A DNA stretch of 36,435 nt from Lama guanicoe (Eukaryota), in assembly GCA_013239625.1 (NCBI GenBank), contig MU053994.1, positions 3,663,589 through 3,700,023 of the forward strand. The letters are read 5' to 3'. Both the position numbers and the translations under genes were made by a program. Each line of letters opens with the position of its first letter. Position 1 is the first letter of the stretch. Below the pieces are notes generated by a model. That model searched no databases, was not told the origin of the DNA, and worked only from the letters and a program-made list of their open reading frames with translations. Of the stretch, positions 1-11,912 are shown piece by piece.

Positions 1-29
1 CACAGAGGCAAACTACTTATGGTCCCACC

Positions 30-160
30 ACCTTTTATGTCTATAATATATTCTTTATAATATTTATTTCATTATGTTGTAATTGTTTGTTTACACGTTT
101 AATTTTCCTAGTGCACTGTGAGGTCATAGAGAGGAGAAACAGCGTCTCATCTCACTTTTG
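30..160 (+). mobile_element. L2 LINE 3'-end fragment (old)
   Basis: 'ttgtaattgtttgtttacacgtttaattttcctagtgcactgtgaggtcatagagaggagaaacagcgtctcatctcac' resembles the L2 3' terminal region. Confidence 0.55.
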
Positions 161-196
161 GTAGGAGTGACAAAGTGTTGTTTTAAAGCTAATAAT

Positions 197-222
197 GTTT
201 TGTTTGTTTGTTTGTTTGTTTG
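197..222. repeat. (TTTG)n microsatellite
   Basis: gttttgtttgtttgtttgtttgtttg seen directly. Confidence 0.9.
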
Positions 223-899
223 CTATTGTTCCTGGAGGGGTAGCACGTTCATCTGTGGAGGAAGATAGCTTTTTTATTTAGGGAAAAATTCTCATCAGTT
301 GGATGAGCCTTTTGTCTATGGAAAACCTGAACTCTCATAGAAAAGTTAAGGGCAAAGCAAAAGTGCCAACTTGAACACGCCTCTATGTGTAACAACTCGT
401 CTATTAGTGCTTGCCACTTCGGGAAGGAAATTAAAACCCCTGAGTTAAGCCTTGGGGGAAGGCTAGGCAGGTTTCTCCACAGGAAAGCAGCGATCAAGGC
501 TCTTTATTCTTTGGATAGCACAACCATATTTTCTTAAGTGAAATGTTAAATCGGATGACCCAACAGTTGTTTTGTTCATTGCCTGGGAAAATATGGAGGA
601 ACGATTTTATTACTTTACACAACCAGGCAGGTAATTAGTTTGAGTGGTTAAATAGGCTATTTGTTTAATACAAATGAGAATAAACAAGTTACTCTTATGT
701 TTAAGGATATAAAATTTGATATTTTGTTCTGCATTTTGCCTTTTAGTTTCATTTCTCTTTTTCACATCATTTTTTTTTCTGCTCATAAAAAAACGCATGG
801 CCCACTTCGCCTCATTCACAAATATATACACACAGGTATATCTATATGCTCATTTACACACTTACCCATATTATAATCTGGATCCAATAGTTTAAAGAT

Positions 900-1400
900 T
901 TATAGTTTTTTCTTTTTAATAGATTTGGGATTCCAGTTTATCTAGTGTAAAAAGCTGCTGTACATATATTTTCACTTAACATTATCACAAGTACTTTCCC
1001 ATCTCATTAAATGTTCTTTGAGGAAAGAATTTCCAGTAATGTAGCATAATTTATTTAAACATTTTCCCACTGTTGAGTAGTTCTTAGCTACTAAAAGTAA
1101 TGTTCCAAAGTATTTTCATGTACATAAATTCTTGTGTTTATCACCATTTCCTCGGGATGTTTCCTAACAGCTAAAATACTGGGTCAAAGAACATGAGCAG
1201 GTACAAGCTTCTTCCTCTATCACCACATTGCCCTTTAGAAAGGTAACAACATACAATCTTTCAAATGGTGTAGGAGTGTCAATTTCTCTGCACTTCTGTT
1301 TCCTGTATTGGTAATTTCATTAAAAATTGCTTTGCCAGACTGAGAGTGAAAATGGCATGCTGTTGTTTTTAATTTGCCTTTTATTTTGTATATTGATGTA
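900..1400 (-). mobile_element. Highly diverged L1M (L1ME-like) ORF2-end/3' fragment
   Basis: Antisense L1 motifs 'ttttcccactgttga', 'aatactgggtcaaagaacatg', 'cacattgccctttagaaaggt', 'gtgaaaatggcatgctgttgtttttaatttgc'. Confidence 0.6.
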
Positions 1401-1994
1401 GCTTCTCTTTCAATAGACTGTGGGCTTCATCTTTAGGTCCTTACAACCAGAGAGTCATCTGTCTCCTTAGATTCTGAGAGTTTATGTTACCATTTCCTGA
1501 GCTAGAAATTGACTTTTTTTTTCATTGAAAGTGAAGTCCAGGTACCAGGTATCTCCACAGCAACCTCTCTGAGCTCCCTGAGGGGAATCTACTCACAAAA
1601 AGTGAACAGTGTCCAATTCACTGAAGATTTTGTAGGGGAGACAGAAGAGTGAGTTGATATTGTGTACTTCCCTGCAAAGCACTTAAAATCTTCTTAAGAT
1701 GTTTCGCTTACCTCCAAGCTCCTCTTTCCTCTCTCTGATGCCCCAATGTCCAGGGTCTTCTTTCTTCCTACATGTGGCACGTGATCTCAGTAAGTTCTCC
1801 CTAGTCCTTGAATGACCCTATTTGTTAACAAGCTATGCCCTTTGAAGCTCTAACCCTTATTCCCTCAAAGGACTTATCAACATATTCTCCCATTAGGAGG
1901 GAGTGATTCTTACATAGCAGTTAAGAGAAAAATTTCTCCACGTTGTTTCAGAAGCATTATATAACATTTTCGGTTAAAATTTAAAATGATCTAT

Positions 1995-2395
1995 TTCTTA
2001 GGTCAGGTTCCAATTTTTTTTTAAGGTCGGGGACTGCCCTTAAGATCAGCATTGGTAACGGAGTGAGAGAAGCAGGACTGGGCAGAGGGAGGAGTTGAGC
2101 TGTGATGTAATAATAACAGAGGCCTCAGCCGACCTTGTGGGGAGCTCTGAAACTGATATGGTTCTTCAGAGTTGCCCCCAAATGAGGGAAAGGGGCTGGA
2201 CACTTGCATTCTACAGCCAAGGACCAGTCCTTGGATGTGGCTGCCCTTGCAGAGTGGGGATAACTTTGGGCAGTTTCTGTCTACCTAGGGCAAATCCTGG
2301 TAAGGACTCGGTTGGGAATCTTGAGCAACCAAAACTCTCAGCAAATGGGGGGATAAATGCCTTGGCTCTAAAGAACAATATGGGTGACTTTCTCA
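1995..2395 (-). mobile_element. ERVL solo LTR, LTR16-family
   Basis: 'gagaagcaggactgggcagagggaggagttgagctgtgatg...cagaggcctcagccgacc..gggagctctg...cttcagagttgcccc' matches recalled antisense LTR16 consensus. Confidence 0.75.
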
Positions 2396-2504
2396 GGGAT
2401 CTTATTATTTTTGAGATATGCGTACATTGAAAATCTTTTTGACTATAAGGTATGCTTTAGAATTAGGATGGAGGTGTGTTTGAGGCATAAAAACAAAGTG
2501 AGGT

Positions 2505-2735
2505 CTTCAAATTGGCCAGAGGTTAGGTCAGAATACTGGTTTAGGCCATTTTGTCTGTATAGTATCATCTTATGCAAGTCACACGCTATGAGCCTTTGCT
2601 TTTCCATCTGTAAAACAGGGTAAATAACACCTTTCCCCTTAAGGGGTACATAAGAGAATTTAAATAAGATGATAAACCTTAGATATTTAGCACTGTGTCT
2701 CTTGGCACTTTGTAGATGCTCAATATGTACTCCTT
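2505..2735 (+). mobile_element. MIR SINE
   Basis: MIR core 'gcaagtcacac...gagcctttgcttttccatctgtaaaacagggtaaataacacc' and tail 'ttagcactgtgtctcttggcactttgtagatgctcaata'. Confidence 0.8.
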
Positions 2736-3506
2736 TCCTTTTTCTTCCTCCTTCCTTATTCTCTAGCATTTGTCTCAAGAAGTTTTCTTCCTTTAGACAA
2801 TGTGGAGCCTGTGCACACTTAATATTCTTGAATAGTCCTTCAAGAACTTAGAAGGCTGGGTTGTAAAATTGGGAGCTTGGACCATTTGATCTTTAAGTTT
2901 ACTTTTAACGTTTTAAAGTTCTGTTCTAACATTCTGTGATTCAATGCATTAGAGCACACCACACAATTAACTCTTATCTCATTAGTATTCTCACTACTAT
3001 CACCTTGGTTTTAATGAGCTGCATTGGCTATCCTGGTGCTCTGTGTATTCAGATGTTTCTAGTAATTAAAAGAATTACAAGAAGAAAGTCTTTTGAGGCA
3101 GTTTTAGGACCAATAGCACCAAATGATATTCTTTTGTGCCAGCTTCTTGTGAAGGAAGCACTGATCCTGTATCTTTAAAAGGAGAATTCCTATTGCATGA
3201 ATAACACAAGTGAGAATAATTAAAAATTTTACACAGTTTTTTCACCCTAACTAGATGGTGAGCATTTAGTTGATAGGAATGGTCTCCTATTTCTTGCAGG
3301 GCCAAGTTCTTATTGATTGATTAGGCCTAAAACCCCTGTGACCCATTGTCACCATTAGAGTCACATGCTCACACGTACTTGCTCAGGCACACATTTTGAT
3401 CACTCAGATCATAGCAGCTGAGTCAACTAGCTGCCGCTGTATGTATTAATTGGCCCTAAAGGTGGTCTGGGAATCTCTTCACATACTGTGGATTTCCAAA
3501 ATATAC

Positions 3507-3873
3507 TGTGTTAGTCAGCTTCAGATGCCATCACAAGAAACCATTGACAGGGTGGTTTAAACAACGTAAATTAACTTTCTCACAGTTCTTGAGGCTAGAA
3601 GTCCAAGATCAAGGTGCTGGCAAGATCTGTTTCTGGTGGAGGACCCTCTTCCTATCTTACAAATAGTCTTTCCTCTGTGCATATGCTTAGGGAGAAAGAG
3701 AGCTCTGGATTTCATCCTCTTTTTATAAGTACACCAGTCCTATTGGATTAGGGCCCCATCCACATGACTTCACTTAACCTTAATTACCTCCCTAAAGGCC
3801 CTATCTTTAAAGTCATGTTGGGGGTTAGGGCTACAACATATGAACTTTGCAGGGGACACAGTTGTCTATAATA
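3507..3873 (-). mobile_element. MaLR solo LTR, MLT1A-like, near full length
   Basis: 'tttctcacagttcttgaggctagaagtccaagatcaaggtgctggca' ... 'ggattagggccccatcc', 'taattacctccctaaaggccctatc', 'caacatatgaacttt..ggggacaca'. Confidence 0.85.
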
Positions 3874-4802
3874 ATCTAATCTCTAAATTTGATTTTGGTG
3901 CTTTGGTAATTATCCAAGTACCAGGTAATTGATTAGATCACCCACTGCTGTAATTCATTAGCTATTTAAGAGTTACTGACACATAACTGTACATGCACAA
4001 AGTGATGTTCACTTGCTCTTGACTTTGTGAAATCTGTGGACTGAGGATCTGCTAAATTTGGTTATCCTCAGTTGGCCATTTCTTTTTAATGGTTACTTGT
4101 GGGACATTTACATCTTCATCTTTTAGTTCCTATTTTCTGTTCAAATTTCCTTTGTATTCTGAACTTCATTTCCTGAGCACTGATTTGCTATGTTATGACT
4201 GGTCTTCAGTGATGAAGCTTTTCTGTTTCATTTAGGTTGAAAAGTTGCTGTTTGAAGCTGTTTTATGTGAATTTTGCCTCTTCTTTCAGAGCAAATAAGT
4301 TTTGTTTATTTATTTTCAAGGGAACTATTTCTCAGAAGAATGATTCCCTACAGGTTTGTGATGGTTTTAATACGTCTATAAACAAGGCTATTTCCCTAGA
4401 ACTGCTGCCATTGTTACTTAAGAGAATTCTTTTATTTGTCTCCATTCAGACCTATATTTGAAAATAATTGATTTTTATTTTACCTATTCAAATCTCACTT
4501 TAAGCTCTGTTTATCTATTTCTAAACCCCTTGGAAAATTGGATAGTAGGTATCCATAGCTGTGTGAAACTACTTGTTCTGAGGTTCATTTGGTGTTTTCC
4601 ATCTCTGTTTGCATGGAGCTGGGTGGCAGAGCAAAGTAGGAAAGATGTCTATACCTGATCTCCTATTCTTCCCCAACGTAAGAGCCTCTCTGCAACAGTT
4701 TGGTTCCGCCGTGAACAAAGGCTTCTTAGGTATCCATGACCATCATGTCTTCTGTTGTGTCACTGATGCCTGCTCTCTGGGGCAGAATGGAGCTTTCTAA
4801 TC

Positions 4803-4979
4803 CACAGCTTCTCAAAGTATGGTTCATTCTGTGTGGTTGTCAAAGTATTCACTGCTGGTCCATGATGACATAAGTTAAAAACTGAGATTAAGCATTTAAA
4901 AACTTTCATAGTAATTTGACATTACAAAGATAACTAAATGCATACTCACTGAACTCATCTCCTTGAACAGGCTATAGAC
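4803..4979 (+). mobile_element. hAT-Charlie non-autonomous DNA transposon fragment, MER5C-like
   Basis: TIR-like 'cttctcaaagtatggt' and 'aactgagattaagcatttaaaaactttcatagtaatttgacatt...ttgaacaggctatagacc'. Confidence 0.6.
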
Positions 4980-5218
4980 CTGTACTATTCAGTATGGTAG
5001 CCACTAGCTGCATGTGGCTAATTAGCACTTGAAATGTGGCTAATCTGAATTGAGATGTCTGCAGATATAAACTACACACTAGATTTCAAAGGCTTAGTAT
5101 GATAAAAGAATATAAAACATCTCATTAATAATGTTTGAATATGATGCAATAATAATATTTTGCATATATTGGGTTAAATGAAATATTAAATTAAGATCAC
5201 TTATTTCTTTTTACTTTT
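4980..5218 (-). mobile_element. MER33-like hAT-Charlie element, left part (split by L1)
   Basis: 'atggtagccactagctgcatgtggctaattagcacttgaaatgtggctaatctgaattgagatg...gatttcaaaggcttagtatg...atatattgggttaaat'. Confidence 0.85.
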
Positions 5219-7008
5219 AAATATATTTTACTTTTTAGAGCAGTTTTAGGTCCATAGTAAAATCAAGTAGAAAGTATAGAAAGGTCCCATATATGCCCTA
5301 CCCCAACATATGCACAGCCTCTCTCACTGTCAACATCCCCTACCAGAGTGGTACATTTGTTACAACTGAAGAACCTACACTGACACATCATTATTATCCA
5401 AAGTCCATAGTTAACACTAGGGTTCACTGTTGGTGTTGTATATTATATTATATATATGTTGTATATTATTTGGACAAATGTATAGTGACATGTATCTACT
5501 ATTACAGTATCACTCATAATAGTTTCACTGCCCCCCAAATCATCTGTGCTTCACCTATTCATCCCTTCCTCCCTCCTAACCCCTGGCAAACACGGATTTT
5601 TTATTGTCTCCATAGTTTCACCTTTTCCAGAATTCCATATAGTTGGAATCACACAATATGTAGCCTTTTCTGATTGACATGTTTCACTTAGTAATATGCA
5701 CTTAAGCCTCCTCCATGTCTTTTCACAGTTTAATAGCTCATTTCTTTTTAGTGCTGAATAACATTCTATTGTCTGGATGTACCACATTTTATTTATCCAT
5801 TCACCTACTGAAGGACATCTTGGTTCCTTCCAAGTTTTGGCAATTATGAATAAGCTGCTATAAACATCTGTGTTCAAGTTTTTGTGTGGAGCTAAGTTTT
5901 CACTTCCTTTGAGTAAATACCAAGGAATGCGATTGCTGGATTGTATGGTAAGAGTATGTTTTGTAAAAAACCACCAAATTGTCTTCCACAGTAGCTGTAT
6001 CATTTTGCATTCCCACCAGCAGTGAATGAGAGTTCCTGTTGCTCTACATCCTTGCCATATTTGACGTTGTCAGTCTTCTGGATTTTGGCCATTCTCATAG
6101 GTGTGCAGTGGTATCTCATTATTGTTTTAATTTGCTCTTCCCTGATGACATATGACATGGAGCATCTTTTCATATGCTTATTTGCCACTTTTATATCTTC
6201 TTTGGTAGGGTATCTGTTCAGGTCTTTGGTCCATTTTTAATTGGGTTGTTTGTTTTCTCATTGTTGAGTTTTGAGTTCTTTGTGTATTTTATGATAAGAG
6301 TCCTTTATCAGATGTGTCTGTTGCAAATATTTTCTCTGAGTTTGTGCCTTGTCTTCTCATTCTCTTGACAGTATCTTTCAGAGAGCAGAGGTTTGTAATT
6401 TTTATGAAGTCTGGCTTATCAATTATTTCTTTCATGAATTGTACATTTGGTATCTAAGATGTCATTGCCATATCCACAGTGATCTAGATTTTCTCATGTT
6501 ATCTTCTAGGAGTTTTATAGTTTTTCATTTTATATTTAGGTCTGTGGATAATTTTGAGTTAATTTTTGTGAAGGATATGAGGTCTGGGTCTAGGTACATT
6601 GTTTTGCATGTGGATTTTCAATTGTTCCAGCACCACTTGTTGAAAAGACTATCTTTTCCTCATAGCATTACCTTTGCTTCTTTGGCAAAGATCAGTTAAC
6701 TGTATTTATGTAGGCCTGTTTCTGGGCTCTCTATTCTGTTCCATTATATACTTGTCTATTCTATTACCAAGATCACATCATCTTGATTACTGTAGCTTTA
6801 TACTAAGTCTTGAAGTCGAATAGTGTCAGTTCTTGAACTCTGTTCTTTTCCTTTAATATAGTGTTGGCTATTCTGGGTCTTTTGCCTCTCCATATAAACT
6901 TTAGAGTAAGTTTGTCAATATCCACAAAACAAATTGCTTGGATTTGGATTGGGACTGCATTGAATCTGTAGATCAAGAAGAACTAACATCTTGACAATAT
7001 TGTCTTCC
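5219..7008 (-). mobile_element. L1MC1-like LINE-1, 5'-truncated (~1.8 kb: 3' ORF2 plus 3'UTR), 13-bp TSD
   Basis: 3'UTR 'tttttagagcagttttagg...caccagagtggtacatttgttacaa'-type motifs; frameshifted ORF2p C-terminal peptides in ORFs 5551..6003 and 6000..6188 (IAKTWKEPRCPSVGEWINKMWYI; MANKHMKRCS); TSD tctttttactttt at 5206-5218 and 7009-7021. Confidence 0.92.
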
Positions 7009-7086
7009 TCTTTTTACTTTTTTGAATGGGCATAGTAGAAAATTTAAAACAGCACATGCGGCTCTCATATTTTTATTTAATTGGAC
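7009..7086 (-). mobile_element. MER33-like element, right part
   Basis: 'tagaaaatttaaaacagcacatgcggctctcatattttta...ttggac' continues the MER33 sequence interrupted at 5218. Confidence 0.75.
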
Positions 7087-7089
7087 CTG

Positions 7090-7364
7090 GGAGTAGTGGC
7101 TCAAAGAAGCAGGCACTAAGGGGGAACTCTGGCTTCCCAGAGAGTAGTGTAGGTGGTACAGTAGCGGTGTCTGGTGCTTGGGGATGACAGCAGCAGAATC
7201 CGCTCTGGTCTGCGGAGGGATTTAGGGCATCATTTCAAGCCAGGTTCTTCAGTTCTCTGGGCATTTCTATGAGTCACCCAATATCCTTCTGATAAATTCT
7301 TTTGCCATTTAAATCAGTTAGAATTGGTTTCTGTTGCTGACAACAAAATATTCTGATTGATTCA
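7090..7364 (+). mobile_element. ERVL LTR 3' part, LTR33-like
   Basis: 'tatgagtcacccaatatccttctgataaattctttt...aaatcagttagaattggtttctgttgctgacaac...ctgattgattca' is a typical LTR33/MLT-type 3' end. Confidence 0.7.
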
Positions 7365-7703
7365 GGATAATAGGAAATAAACACATGAAAAGTGAAGTAA
7401 CAATTTAACATCCTAGTATGGAAATGTTACAAAAGCAACAGATTCACTGTAAAATGAACCACATGGGAAATACGCTATTATTGAAGAGGTAATGGTCTCA
7501 GCAGGTTGCTGCAATAATCTGAGAGTATTCATAGAGGAGGTGGCCTTGCCTCAGGATTGGAAAGTGGGCCTGGCACACACAGAGGCTCACTGCTGTGGGA
7601 AATACAAAGGAAGTGAAAGACAGGCTTCCAGTCATGAAGGAGATTAGAACCTGACAGATTTACAGAAAACATCAAAATAGAAAAGGCCAGTCATATCAGA
7701 AAG

Positions 7704-7783
7704 GGGACTTGCCAGATTTAGCAAATAAAAATAAGGAGGCCTAGATAAATTTCAATTTCAGATAATGCATACTTTTTTAGTAT
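7704..7783. mobile_element. MER53-like hAT MITE, one arm only
   Basis: 'ttgccagatttagcaaataaaaataaggaggcctagataaatttcaatttcagataa...ttttttagtat'. Confidence 0.75.
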
Positions 7784-7789
7784 TTTAGA

Positions 7790-8100
7790 ATTTGAGGTGA
7801 GAGAGTATGAATTTACTTTTAGGTATTTTGTTTGTAGGATGCTGTGGGACAGATGTACTAAAGTAACTAGCACCATGGGCCCAGGGAACGTTTGGGAGAC
7901 ATCAGTTATTAGGCAGAGATTAAAGAAAGATATATGAAAGGATCATACCATGGAGAAAGAATGGGAAGATGAAAGAGAGGAAGGCGAAGGTCCAGGTCTT
8001 GGGGGAGGAGGTGGCGGAGGCAGGTTGATAGGGAGCAAAGAAAAGAGGCTGAAGGGCAGGGAAGTAAGAGAAACAGGCAAGAATCATATGGAGCAGAAAG
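7790..8100 (-). mobile_element. Diverged L2 fragment
   Basis: Purine-rich tract with 'gaatttacttttaggtattttgtttgtaggatgctgtgggaca', similar to antisense L2. Confidence 0.4.
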
Positions 8101-8392
8101 GGGCAGGGCTAACTAGCCTGTCTGAGGATCAGACCCATAACTGGACCTCCTTCATCTGTGTGAGCCAGCCAGTCACAGGCAGTGTTCCTTTGGTTCTATG
8201 GAAAGTCAAATTCCAATTCCATAATGTGGCATTGATTTAACTGGAGGACTAACATTTTTGAAAGATTTGAGGTATAATTCTAGAACTCTGCCCCAAACTA
8301 TAAGCCAATGAGCTTCAGTGTGTGCTTGTCTTTTTTGTGTGTGTGTGTGTGCTTGTCTTAAAATAAGGTGACATCATAATTTGGTTTCAGAG

Positions 8393-8538
8393 TTTTTTTT
8401 TCCCCTAAATCTTTGGTGGGGGGAGGAGAGGTAATTAGGTTTGTTTATCTATTTATTCATTGATGGAGGTTTGGGGATTGAACCCAGGACCTCATGCATG
8501 CTAGGCATGCGCTCTACCACTGAGCTATACCCTCCCCC
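8393..8538 (-). mobile_element. Camelid tRNA-derived SINE (Vic-1-like) with 11-bp TSD
   Basis: Reverse complement begins ggggagggtatagctcagtggtagagcgcatg (A box) and contains gggttcaatccc (B box); T tail at left; TSD tggtttcagag at 8382-8392 and 8539-8549. Confidence 0.92.
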
Positions 8539-9520
8539 TGGTTTCAGAGGTTTTACAGCTGTCCTGTGCCTTTACAATTATGCAGTGTTCTGTGTACGCT
8601 GACTTGCACACTATGCCTTAAATGACTTTTGGTTGTGGCCTTTTTTTTCCACTGCACTGGATTCCAAAGTTACTGTCTATTTCAGTCACTGGCGTTATGG
8701 TTATCTTTAGAGAAAATTAAACAAGTAACCATTTACGTGCCATAAGTAGACGGAAGATGATCTAAAATTACATGCTTCTTTCTGGTGATCTCTATGCCAA
8801 ATTCTTGTGTTAATCATCTCAATATTTTGATTCAATGCTTTCTATTGGATCCTGTTGCCTCATGATTGGTATGTTCAAAATCCCAGATGTGGAATTTGTC
8901 CCTCAATATATTTATTATTCAACAAAGCTGTTACTCTGGTTTGCCAAGTCTTAAAGGGCAACAATGGCTTAGAGATTTAGTGTATTTGAATACTGCCTTT
9001 TCAATAGGAAAATATACTGCGTTCTTTTGTTGGATGATTGAAATGTACTAAATGCTGTGTTTGGGCAGTAAAACCTAATTTAACACCATGACAGATAGCA
9101 AGACTCAGGGACACGTGCTGGGTCTGTAGCCAGAAGGAGGGAGGGCACCCATATGCACATGCATGCTTTTAGTCATTTAGAAGGACATCTAGTCTTCTGA
9201 ACTGCTGCCAAGAGAGGGACTGGATGAATGTTTTAGCACTATCTAACTTAATGTGATTTAGGAAAGTAACCTCCTGAGTTGTAATGAAGTGTTTCCCTTA
9301 CTTGTTGAGCTCCATAGGCACATGGAGAATGTGACTGTGATTCTGGGTCAGAGTAAAGGCTTGACATGAAACTTCTCCTAGTCCACTTAGGTGCTGAGTT
9401 GCCTTTCAGAGGCACTTCTCCTTCTTAGGTCAAGTTTATGTTTTAAGAGTAGGGTCATTTTTTGTTCCACATGCAGGCTCTAATTGCTTTTCTCTCCCTT
9501 TTTCAGTCCATGGTAGCCCA

Positions 9521-9574
9521 GGCCTTTAGGATACTTTTCTAAAAGGCCTTAAGGATACTTTTCTAAAAGGCCTT
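9521..9574. repeat. 24-bp tandem duplication
   Basis: ggccttWaggatacttttctaaaa x2 followed by ggcctt. Confidence 0.95.
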
Positions 9575-9935
9575 GCAGGGAGCTCTAGATATGTGAGAGC
9601 AGCAATTTAGTTCACAAAAGAACATGGGGACCTAAATGCTAGTTCCAGTATCCTTCTTTGGCTGTGTCTCTTGAATGTGGCAGTCATGATCATACACGAA
9701 AGATTTGGTCAGTTGATTCATCATGGCTCTCTGACTGGTAGGCCTCTGAGATACCCTTCTCTCCTCTGGTAGAGTATACTCTTATGTTGGCCCAAGAGGT
9801 CTGATGTCCCAAGCCTTGGGCAGGAGTTTCTCCATGCTAAGCTTAATCCCACATGGCTCTGAACCCAGTATCATATTAGTCTCCTTCCTTTCGGTGGTAG
9901 AAGCTCAACCATCCTGAAGAAGCCAAGAATCCCCG

Positions 9936-10580
9936 TGTTTTGGTTTGGGTCCACCCAGAAGCTGACTCTGAGACAAGGATTTGAGGTCAAATAGTTTATT
10001 TGGGAAGTTATCCTAGGAAATAGAAGTTGGGAAGTGGGGAAGTGAGACTGGAGAGAGGAGGCAGCCAAAAAAGCTGCAGTATCAAGGGGGTGGGGAGGGA
10101 TAAATTGGGAGTTTGGGATTTGCAGATACTAACTACTATATATAAAATAGATAAACAACAAGGTCCTATTGTATAGCACAGTGAACTGTATTCAATATCT
10201 TGTAATAAATAGCCTGTAATGAAAAGGAATACAAAAAGGAATATATGTATGTGTGTGTGTATATACACAATATACACAATATACACACACATATGTATGT
10301 GTGTGTGTGTATATATATATATACACAATAGAATAACTATGCTGTATACCAGAAATTAACACATGGTAAATGGACTGTACTTCAATTTAAAAAAAGGTGC
10401 AGTATCAAGCAGGTTACTACTGTGGGCAACTGGGGCTCAGTCCCTGTGGGGCCTCTAGGAGACAGTGTGGAGCAGGACTCAGGGTTGCCCCAGCAAAGAA
10501 GCTAGGATATTTGTCCTGCAACTCTCATCTATCATATGCTGAGGGCTGATCCCAAGGAAATTTGCTCCCTGGAACATTTA
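9936..10580 (-). mobile_element. ERVL solo LTR, LTR16-family, split by an L1 3' end
   Basis: 'cagaagctgactctgagacaaggatttgaggtcaaatagtttatttgggaag...' resumes after the insert as 'gcaggttactactgtgggcaactggggctcagtccc'. Confidence 0.8.
10087..10389 (+). mobile_element. Cetartiodactyl-type L1 3'UTR fragment (~300 bp) with 20-bp TSD and internal TA/TG/CA microsatellite
   Basis: 'ataaaatagataaacaacaaggtcctattgtatagcacagtgaactgtattcaatatcttgtaataa'; TSD aaaaaagctgcagtatcaag (10067-10086) and aaaaaaggtgcagtatcaag (10390-10409). Confidence 0.9.
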
Positions 10581-11129
10581 CTTCATCCGACTTCACGATA
10601 AACCCAAGGAAGAGAGAGACCCGCAGGTTTAGATGAAAAATGAAAACACTGGGACATTTAGCAGAACAAGTGCTCATCTTAATTCTTGGCTGCTTCTATT
10701 CATTCATCTTTTGGGGGAAGAGAGTGGTGCAGCATTAAGTTACCATGCCCAAGTTCTCTGGACAGTAGGAGAGCCTGAGAGCATAGTTGCTTCTGACCTG
10801 AGCTATAACCATCTCCTTTATAGGGGTTGCTCTGACTTCTTCCTACTTCTTGGCTCATTTTGCACATAGTTCCCAAATAAGCCTTTCCTAGAATGCTGTT
10901 CTTTCCCCTTGCCAACCTCCTTACCCTGTCTTCTAAGAGTCCTTTCCCAATTTGATTTTAGCCTATTTGCCAGGCATCTCTTCTATCTGCAGTCTATGAT
11001 GCATCCAAATGAGATTATCCTGGGTCTTATTTAGGGCTTCTCTTTTTTGGGCTTCTACTTATGCTGTTTTGTCCACCCGGAATACCCTCTACAAACCCTG
11101 TTCTTACCTTATTTGGTCTGTTGGAATCC

Positions 11130-11530
11130 CACCAAGTCTTTAAGGCCCCACTCAAAGTTTTCTCTTTCTTGAAACCTTTTCTTGGTCTTTTAACTCTCTG
11201 TGACACTTTTACTACTGTCTTTTATTATGGTTTTGGGTATGTGTTCTCTCTCCTATTAGATCTTAAATGTCTTGGGGGCAAGGACCATGTTTTATTCATC
11301 TCTGCATTAGTCCATATCCACCCAGTTAATTTAACAAGATGTATTGAGAGCCAGAGACTATACTCAGCACTGGGGCTCCTAAAATTAATAAGACATGGCC
11401 CTTGCTTTCAAGGGAGCTCACAGACTAGGTATAGAGGTGCGATCGCTGTAAATAAGCGTGTGTGTGTCCATCTCAGTGCCTCAGATATTAGCAGGGAGTC
11501 AACAATGATGAGTGCATAGAATGAGTGAAG
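11130..11530. mobile_element. L2 3'-end fragments in both orientations
   Basis: Plus: 'ctcctattagatcttaaatgtcttgggggcaaggaccatgttttattcatctctg' and tail 'gaatgagtgaa'. Minus (~11325-11435): 'atttaacaagatgtattgag...aataagacatggcccttgctttcaagggagctcacagactag'. Confidence 0.65.
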
Positions 11531-11659
11531 GTACAGGGAAAAGATTTATCTCCAGCCTATTTCCTGAAAGTGCTCAGAATTAGTTTGGGAAGATAGTTTT
11601 GGGGGAAAATGAACATAATTGGATTATGGTGGGAAATGCTTCTGTGCATCTCTCTTAGG

Positions 11660-11890
11660 GGTGATAGAATGGTTTAAGAAAGGGCAGATAAGCTGTAGAA
11701 TCAGATTGCTTTGAGCTTAAATTCTAGCTGTGCCAATGTACAAAGCTATGTGACCTTGGGCTAGCTGCTTACTTACTTCCTTATATATAAAATAAGTAAT
11801 ACCCGGCTAATAGCATGGTTGTGGGATTTAGTGATATGAATAATCCCTAGCACATGTTCGGAATGTATCAGAAGCTTGGTAACTAATGGG
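11660..11890 (+). mobile_element. MIR SINE
   Basis: 'gctgtagaatcagattgctttgagcttaaattctagctgtgcca...gctatgtgaccttgggctag'. Confidence 0.75.
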
Positions 11891-11912
11891 TTTCTCTCTA
11901 CCACCTGCTTTT

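Noticed and set aside
8460..8538. tRNA-like A and B boxes (also at 16030-16108)
   Set aside because: These are SINE heads with tails and TSDs, not tRNA genes.
11505..11566. C-box (atgatga) and D-box (ctga) at snoRNA-like spacing
   Set aside because: No terminal stem, and the 5' part lies in an L2 tail.
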